IMG/VR virus record: IMGVR_UViG_3300045988_058230
Location: 1 to 45,004 of that record
Strand: one strand, 5' to 3'
Source: a virus
DNA: 45,004 bases
Below the pieces are notes generated by a model that had not been told where the DNA came from, did no database searches, and saw only the letters and a list, made by a program, of their open reading frames with translations. Numbering within the stretch: position 1 is the first letter of the stretch; every line of letters begins with the position of its first letter. Below, one piece after another: positions 40,267-45,004 of the stretch. The translations under genes were made by a program, and so were the position numbers.

Positions 40267-40832
40267 CGCGGGAAGACGTGGCAAAGCTGATCCGCATGAA
40301 TTTTGTGCTGTATAAGCTGGGGTCTAAGCCACTGACCGATGAGGAGATGCAGACCACCATCGATGTGTGGGCGTACCAGTTTGGCGACTATGACGGCGAT
40401 ACTGTCAAGCGGGCTTTTCTGGCGGCGAACCGAGTATGCGTTTATCCGGTCACGGTGGCCGACATCTTCAAGCAGCTTTCCCAGTGTCTTGACCCGTCCG
40501 CTGAATGGGAAGCTCTGGCTGTAGCGGCACGCAAGGCACAGACATTTTTGAGCTGGCGCAAGTTCCCGATGGTGATCGGCATTGACGAAAAGGGCGGGCT
40601 GCTGCGTAGTGACGGGCAGAAAGAGCTGCAAGCCCTGTATGACCAACTCCCCCCGGCGGCAAAATCCTATGCCGGGAGCGTGGGAGGGCTTGCAGAGCTG
40701 GCTGAAATGCCAGACCTTACATACCGCCGTGCCGAGTTTTTGAAACAGGCACAGGCAGATATCACCACCGCCCCGCGTGAAGCGGCAAGGCTGCGGGCGA
40801 GCGAACCGACAAGGAAGGAAATTGAAAAATGA
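40263..40832 (+). CDS. Putative helicase-loader-like protein (G39P-like). This is a weak call.
   Basis: 189 aa after the DnaD-like gene, with a pattern resembling TIDVWAYQFGDYDGDTVKRAFLAANRVCVYPVTVADI. Confidence 0.4.
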   Translation: MTREDVAKLIRMNFVLYKLGSKPLTDEEMQTTIDVWAYQFGDYDGDTVKRAFLAANRVCVYPVTVADIFKQLSQCLDPSAEWEALAVAARKAQTFLSWRKFPMVIGIDEKGGLLRSDGQKELQALYDQLPPAAKSYAGSVGGLAELAEMPDLTYRRAEFLKQAQADITTAPREAARLRASEPTRKEIEK

Positions 40833-41164
40833 GCGAATTTATCGACCGCGAAAAAGCCATCGCAAACGTCAAAGCGGCATATTGCTGTGGCTGCGAAAAT
40901 TACAACGGCGTAAGGTGCCGCGCGTGTCAGATTATGGACGCGATGGATGTGCTGGAAGATGAACCGGCAGTGCCTGTGATTGACGCGAAATCCATGGAAA
41001 AGTACCTGACCGACTGGAAAGACGGGCTGACCGGGAGCGAAAATTGGGGGTACTTGTACGCAATCAGGGCAAAGCAAACGGTTCAGGTGCTGAATACCAT
41101 ACTGAACCACATTGGTTACATGCTCAATGGTGACAGCGGGGTGCAGACCGATGGTAAAACTTGA
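40829..41164 (+). CDS. Hypothetical protein with a CxxC...CxxC motif.
   Basis: 111 aa containing AYCCGCENYNGVRCRACQ. Confidence 0.55.
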   Translation: MSEFIDREKAIANVKAAYCCGCENYNGVRCRACQIMDAMDVLEDEPAVPVIDAKSMEKYLTDWKDGLTGSENWGYLYAIRAKQTVQVLNTILNHIGYMLNGDSGVQTDGKT

Positions 41165-41342
41165 ACCTTGCAAAGACTGCCCCGACCGGCACCCGATCTG
41201 CCACGATAGCTGCCCCAAGTACGCCGAGTACAAGCGTCAGTTGGAAGCGCAGCGCATCTACACCAGCGCGCACCACGCGGCAGAGAGAATCAGCCGAAAC
41301 GATTTCGACAAAGAAGGATGGATGGGAGGAAGAAAACGGTGA
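41151..41342 (+). CDS. Small Cys-rich (zinc-binding-like) protein.
   Basis: ATG at 41151. Begins MVKLEPCKDCPDRHPICHDSCPKYAEYK. Confidence 0.5.
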   Translation: MVKLEPCKDCPDRHPICHDSCPKYAEYKRQLEAQRIYTSAHHAAERISRNDFDKEGWMGGRKR

Positions 41343-41719
41343 GAGCCAAGAAGCCTCCCATCGGCACGCCCATGTGGCATGTGCTGGAACACCTGTACTA
41401 CGAAAAGACTCGCGCGGGACCGCTGATGGAATATGTGGTGCGTGAAGCCCGTGTGACCGGCTATTTTCAGGGCGGCTACACCGAGATCAGGCTGACGGGA
41501 AAGAATGCGGGAGGCTTCCTGACACCGTATTCCTATCCGCTGAGCGACATCGGGCGCAGGCTGTTTTATACCCCGGAGGAAGCCGCCCAGCTTGCAAAGC
41601 GCATGACCGAGAACGAGGATAAAATGCTCTGGTGTCGTGGACCGCTGCGCAGGCCGTGGGCGGAGTACATCGTGCCGGTGGCGGAACAGACAAGCTTATT
41701 TCAGGAGGTAAGCAGATGA
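41339..41719 (+). CDS. Hypothetical protein.
   Basis: GTG at 41339 behind GGAGGA; 126 aa. Confidence 0.5.
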   Translation: MRAKKPPIGTPMWHVLEHLYYEKTRAGPLMEYVVREARVTGYFQGGYTEIRLTGKNAGGFLTPYSYPLSDIGRRLFYTPEEAAQLAKRMTENEDKMLWCRGPLRRPWAEYIVPVAEQTSLFQEVSR

Positions 41720-41922
41720 GCAAGAAGTACAAGCCCGGCGCTTACATCGTCTCTCTCGACCACCTGATGGGGCAGGAACTTGTTTATTACGGCGGGAAAC
41801 TGCTCCACAAGGGATGGTTTGGCAACTGGCAGCTGTGGTATACGAAAGCTGAGCTTGCCAGACTGCGCATTCGGGAAGCTGTGAGAACGGAGGAAGAACA
41901 TGAAGCCGAAAACGAAATCTGA
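41716..41922 (+). CDS. Hypothetical protein.
   Basis: ATG at 41716 behind AGGAGG; 68 aa. Confidence 0.55.
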   Translation: MSKKYKPGAYIVSLDHLMGQELVYYGGKLLHKGWFGNWQLWYTKAELARLRIREAVRTEEEHEAENEI

Positions 41923-42517
41923 ACTGATGGCTGAGTGGGCCGGCCAGCCCGGCCGGCTCAAGAAAGAGCGGGAGGTCAAGGCTGTCCGCAAGGCGATGGA
42001 CGATGCCCGCGCCGTGATGCAGGACGGTCTGACCCGGTACGTCAAGAAAAAGACCAAAGCCCGCAGCATGGCAAAGGCTGAAGCTAACCCCTTTGCTGAG
42101 CTGGAAGGCTGGGAAAGCATGGAGCAGATCCAGGATGCCTACGGCTATGGCGAGATCACTGCCGACAGGCGGGATAAACTCACCGACCTGTGGGAAGCCC
42201 GGGAAGAGGCCCAGAAGCAGGAAGAACAGCAGCGCGGAAGGAAGACGCTGCATATGCTGTCCGAAAAAACGATAAAAGAAACTGCGCCGTGGGAACTGGC
42301 GTGGGAAGATGTACAGTTTGGGCTTGAATATTACAAACAACCTCTTCCCGGCGGGGCAATGTTTTGGAAACGAATAGATCAAAACCGCCAACATGCCGGA
42401 ATCATGAATTACGACGATTACGCAATCATTTTGCAGGACGGAAAATTTTTTACTTGCGGATGGATTCCGAAAATCAGCGTGATAGCTGAACTTGTAAGAT
42501 ATTTTGTTTTGAAATAA
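41900..42517 (+). CDS. Hypothetical protein.
   Basis: 205 aa with a charged helical N-terminal half and an AT-richer C-terminal half. Confidence 0.55.
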   Translation: MKPKTKSELMAEWAGQPGRLKKEREVKAVRKAMDDARAVMQDGLTRYVKKKTKARSMAKAEANPFAELEGWESMEQIQDAYGYGEITADRRDKLTDLWEAREEAQKQEEQQRGRKTLHMLSEKTIKETAPWELAWEDVQFGLEYYKQPLPGGAMFWKRIDQNRQHAGIMNYDDYAIILQDGKFFTCGWIPKISVIAELVRYFVLK

Positions 42518-42532
42518 TGGGGTGGACGGACG

Positions 42533-43183
42533 ATGAGAGTGCTTGTTGCTTGCGAAGAATCGCAGGAAGTTTGCAAGGCCTTTCGTGCGAGAGGTCACGA
42601 AGCCTACTCCTGCGATATTCAGGATCCATCCGGCGGACACCCTGAGTGGCATATTCTGGGAGATGCTTTGAAGGCTCTTGAAGGGGGGCGAATCGTGACA
42701 ATGGACGGCGTAGAGCATGATGTAGGAAAGTGGGACTTGCTCATTGCACACCCGCCTTGCACATATCTGAGCAACGCCGGAGCAAGGCATCTCTGGAAGG
42801 GACACCAGCTTCAGGCTGATCGCGTGATGCTCGGAATTCAGGGCCGCGATTTGTTCATGCGGTTTTGGTGGGCAGACGTCCCGAAAATTTGCGTAGAGAA
42901 TCCTATACCGAGCAGAGTTTTTTGTTTGCCGCCATATACACAGGCCATACAGCCGTATGAGTATGGACACCCATACAGCAAGAAAACTTGCCTTTGGCTG
43001 AAGGCTCTGCCGCCACTAATCCCGACCGATATTGTGGAGCCTGTGGCTACATGGTGTCCGTCCGGTTCTTACGCACATAAGCATGATGAGCGCAACAAGG
43101 GTATGTTTACAACTGACCGGGCAAAAAACCGGGCAAAAACTTTTCCGGGCATTGCAAAAGCAATGTCAGAACAATGGGGGTGA
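42533..43183 (+). CDS. Small C5-cytosine-methyltransferase-like protein.
   Basis: 216 aa. AHPPCTYLSNAG is motif-IV-like (PPC) and CVENP is motif-VI-like (ENV). No FxGxG motif I and no obvious target-recognition domain are visible. Confidence 0.5.
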   Translation: MRVLVACEESQEVCKAFRARGHEAYSCDIQDPSGGHPEWHILGDALKALEGGRIVTMDGVEHDVGKWDLLIAHPPCTYLSNAGARHLWKGHQLQADRVMLGIQGRDLFMRFWWADVPKICVENPIPSRVFCLPPYTQAIQPYEYGHPYSKKTCLWLKALPPLIPTDIVEPVATWCPSGSYAHKHDERNKGMFTTDRAKNRAKTFPGIAKAMSEQWG

Positions 43184-43187
43184 TTGT

Positions 43188-43412
43188 ATGACACAGAAAC
43201 AGTTTATCAAGCAGCTGATGAGCCGCGGCGTTTCGCATTCGGATGCCTGCGGGTTGGTGGCCTACATGAAAGAGCTTCGCCAGCTGATCGAAAAGCATGA
43301 GGACGTTGTGATGCTGGCGGATGCAAACACAATGCGGTTCGTCCCGGCAAAGGTTTACTCCTACGAGGAAACCTTCCAACGGATGCAGGAAGGGAGGGAC
43401 ATCTTTTGCTGA
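43188..43412 (+). CDS. Hypothetical protein.
   Basis: ATG at 43188; 74 aa. Confidence 0.5.
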   Translation: MTQKQFIKQLMSRGVSHSDACGLVAYMKELRQLIEKHEDVVMLADANTMRFVPAKVYSYEETFQRMQEGRDIFC

Positions 43413-43417
43413 AAACC

Positions 43418-43789
43418 ATGAAGATTGTACTTTACGGCGACCCCCGCACAAAGAAAAACTCCGCACGTATCCTCAAAAGCCGCTCAGGCGGGCGCTTTGT
43501 GGCCCCCAGCAAGGCCTACGTGGATTATGAGACGGACTGCCTGCGGCAAATCAAAAGGCCGCACAGCCCCATTTCTGCCCGCGTGAACGTGAGGTGCGTT
43601 TACTACATGAAGACCGCCCGCCGGGTCGATCTGGCAAACCTCATTGAGGCGACCACTGACATTCTGGTAAAAGCCCGCGTGCTGGAGGACGACAACAGCA
43701 AAATTGTTGCCGCCCACGATGGCAGCCGGGTGGAGCTTGATCGGAAACAGCCACGGGTGGAAATTGAGATTGAAGAAATGGAGGAGTAA
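43418..43789 (+). CDS. rusA: RusA-like Holliday junction resolvase.
   Basis: Motifs MKIVLYGDPRTKKNS, RVDLANLIEATTDILVKARVLEDDNSKIV and VEIEI. The size is typical of RusA. Confidence 0.7.
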   Translation: MKIVLYGDPRTKKNSARILKSRSGGRFVAPSKAYVDYETDCLRQIKRPHSPISARVNVRCVYYMKTARRVDLANLIEATTDILVKARVLEDDNSKIVAAHDGSRVELDRKQPRVEIEIEEMEE

Positions 43790-43790
43790 A

Positions 43791-44090
43791 ATGCTTGATA
43801 TGCTATTTGAAGTTGCAAGCACGCTGTTCATGGCAACACTTGCAGGATTTTTCATCTGGTTTGTTCTTAGCGATGGCAACCCAATTGAATATTTCAAGCG
43901 GTGGCGCAACCGCAACAAACCTTGCCTTTGCGACCGGTGCGTTTTCTTAAATCAAAAATTTGGAGCGTCAGAATCCGGATATCACTATATCTGCCGGAGA
44001 AGTGACAAAGACGAAGGATACATAAATCCGCCCGAATATTGCAACGATTTTGAAGAAAGGAGCAACAATGACCCGCACATGGATACCTGA
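43791..44090 (+). CDS. Membrane-anchored Cys-containing protein.
   Basis: ATG at 43791. It has an N-terminal transmembrane segment, FEVASTLFMATLAGFFIWFVL. Confidence 0.5.
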   Translation: MLDMLFEVASTLFMATLAGFFIWFVLSDGNPIEYFKRWRNRNKPCLCDRCVFLNQKFGASESGYHYICRRSDKDEGYINPPEYCNDFEERSNNDPHMDT

Positions 44091-44523
44091 CACTGACGCC
44101 CAGAAGCAGGACAAAACCGATTACCGCACCGTTAAGGCGTGGCTAAACCGCTACCGCGAAGCAGAAAAAAGATACTACTTGCTGTCTGACCGTCTGGCCG
44201 AAGCGCAGGAGGCCACCCGGCACATTACCCAGAGCCTCAGCGCGGCCCCCGGCGGCAGCAAAGATGGCCAGAGCCTTGCCCGGGCGGTGGAACGCGAGGA
44301 GGAAGCGGAGCGCCGCGCTTATGAGCAAAGAGCGGTCTGCGACAGGCTGTTTCTTGAGATAAAAAGCGCACTTGACCGGATCCAGAACGAAAAAGCATAC
44401 ACGGTGCTGTACAAGTACTATCTCGATTGCCTCACGTGGGACAGGGTCGCAAAAGATATGAATTACTCTCTGCGCATGGTCTATGTCTTGCGGCGCAAAG
44501 CAATGGAGGAGCTGAGCCTTTAA
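44068..44523 (+). CDS. Late-gene transcriptional regulator (DUF1492/ArpU/RinA-like, sigma region-4-like C-terminus).
   Basis: ATG at 44068 behind AAAGGAG. The C-terminal region reads VLYKYYLDCLTWDRVAKDMNYSLRMVYVLRRKAMEEL. It is the last gene before the packaging module on the circle. Confidence 0.65.
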   Translation: MTRTWIPDTDAQKQDKTDYRTVKAWLNRYREAEKRYYLLSDRLAEAQEATRHITQSLSAAPGGSKDGQSLARAVEREEEAERRAYEQRAVCDRLFLEIKSALDRIQNEKAYTVLYKYYLDCLTWDRVAKDMNYSLRMVYVLRRKAMEELSL

Positions 44524-44707
44524 AAACATTGCACTGTCATTACATTGCGGTTTCACTATCGCATGGTGTAAAATTGTATCATCGGAAAAGCCAAAAGGCA
44601 AACCGATGAACGCAGCCTCCGAAACGTGTCCCTTCTTGGCATTTTCCTCCTTTTCTACTTGCAGGTACCGGGCTTTGCTCTCTTCACGTTTCGCGGGCTG
44701 CTTCTAT

Positions 44708-44778
44708 GCGATACACTGAAACAAAGGCAGCCTGCCGCTCATGAGAGACAGGAGACGGTTCGATTCCGCCGTATCGCA
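44708..44778 (+). ncRNA. tRNA-like element with a perfect acceptor stem and T arm but no canonical anticodon arm.
   Basis: Acceptor GCGATAC/GTATCGC (7/7 bp), T arm GACGG-TTCGATT-CCGCC (4/5 bp), 3' end A-CC. The middle 39 nt folds only as an irregular hairpin (CCTG..CTC-ATGA-GAG..CAGG). Confidence 0.4.
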
Positions 44779-44784
44779 CCGTAT

Positions 44785-44890
44785 GGCGCATGGACTAGAC
44801 AACCCGCAAGGCCGCACGTGCAACCTCCCGTGCCGAGAAAAGGCCTTAGAATCCTTGCCAAGGTGTAGCTTTCCTGACAGGATGTGCGCC
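44785..44890 (+). ncRNA. Unassigned structured RNA candidate, closed by a GGCGCA/TGCGCC helix.
   Basis: Hand-found helices: 44785-44790 with 44885-44890; GCAAGG/CCTTGC; GCACG/CGTGC with a CAACC-containing loop. A terminator follows. No family was recognised. Confidence 0.3.
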
Positions 44891-44896
44891 AACCAA

Positions 44897-44926
44897 CAGC
44901 CCCGGCGGAAAACCGGAGCTGTTTTT
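44897..44926 (+). terminator. Rho-independent terminator.
   Basis: Stem CAGCCCCGG/CCGGAGCTG (one mismatch), loop CGGAAAA, then TTTTT. Confidence 0.7.
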
Positions 44927-44930
44927 ATAT

Positions 44931-44998
44931 GCCGCCTGAGCGCAGTTTGGAGCGCGGCGCGTGTGTGTAGACACGGCTGGTTCGATTCCAAGGGCGGC
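44931..44998 (+). ncRNA. Degenerate tRNA-like element (68 nt) that spans the circular junction.
   Basis: Acceptor GCCGCCT/GGGCGGC. The D arm GCGC-AGTTTGGA-GCGC is textbook and the T loop TTCGATT is present. However, the T stem has only 3 bp, and the anticodon hairpin CGTGT-GTGTAG-ACACG has a 6-nt loop. Confidence 0.4.
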
Positions 44999-45004
44999 TT
45001 TTTA
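44950..45004. repeat. Right copy of the exact 55-bp terminal direct repeat (identical to 1..55).
   Basis: Base-for-base identity with 1..55. The length matches a common assembler k-mer overlap for circular contigs. Confidence 0.95.

Larger units (their letters stand above)
1..45004. mobile_element. Complete temperate siphovirus-like phage genome in circular/excised form. It carries packaging, head, tail, lysis, lysogeny, recombination/replication and late-regulator modules.
   Basis: The full set of phage modules can be read from the ORFs. The ends are an exact 55-bp duplicate. Integrase and attP are internal, and no flanking host genes are visible. Confidence 0.85.

Noticed and set aside
41696-42970. 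424-aa minus-strand ORF. The same applies to similar long antisense ORFs at 7451..8650, 35286..36395, 11302..12294, 36926..37843 and 25325..26209.
   Set aside because: All are antisense to coupled plus-strand genes with good RBSs and recognisable products. They are GC-rich antisense artefacts.
44626-44991. Track ORFs 44626..44868 (plus strand) and 44704..44991 (minus strand).
   Set aside because: They overlap the tRNA-like elements, the structured RNA and a terminator. They have no RBS, and their composition is consistent with non-coding RNA genes.
1-45004. Integrated prophage bounded by 55-bp attL/attR direct repeats.
   Set aside because: The integrase and a tRNA-3'-half attP lie mid-window (27603..28896). 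No host genes flank the modules. The repeat simply splits a tRNA-like gene within a phage tRNA cluster. A circular-contig overlap explains it better.

Overview
The window appears to be a complete, circularly closed genome of a temperate siphovirus-type phage. It has about 44,949 unique bp plus an exact 55-bp duplication at the two ends. The host is probably a GC-rich Gram-positive, Clostridia-like bacterium. This is the excised or assembled form, not an integrated prophage. The tyrosine integrase (27763..28896, minus strand) sits mid-window beside an attP that mimics the 3' half of a tRNA-Thr(UGU). The terminal 55-mer simply closes the circle inside a tRNA-like gene.

Gene order:
- tRNA and tRNA-like cluster, spanning the circular junction (44708..45004 plus 1..432)
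- terS, terL, portal, minor head protein
- an AT-rich moron island
- tRNA-Lys, scaffold, capsid, neck and tail genes, including a T-TTT-TTG -1 frameshift chaperone and a 923-aa tape measure
- baseplate and fibre genes, then GH25 lysin and holins
- about 7.7 kb of accessory DNA: collagen-like fibre, sigma-r4-like ORFs, AP2/zinc-ribbon protein, an operator-controlled mini-gene, and a seven-gene Q/N/G-rich cassette with a BclA-C/TNF-like protein
- attP, integrase and an XRE repressor
- a second XRE/Cro switch with face-to-face promoters, then an antirepressor
- an unusual protein followed by about 460 bp of degenerate repeats
- DUF1351-like protein, RecT, SSB, DnaD-like replication genes, a small C5-methyltransferase-like protein, RusA and a late regulator

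The observations most worth follow-up are:
- the non-canonical tRNA-like genes, one carrying a 68-nt structured insertion
- the 24242..27488 accessory cassette
- the 33653..34749 locus (glycine-loop protein, in-frame TGA, iteron-like repeat field)
- the two operator/promoter switches

All family names come from motif recognition by eye. No database search or folding program was run.
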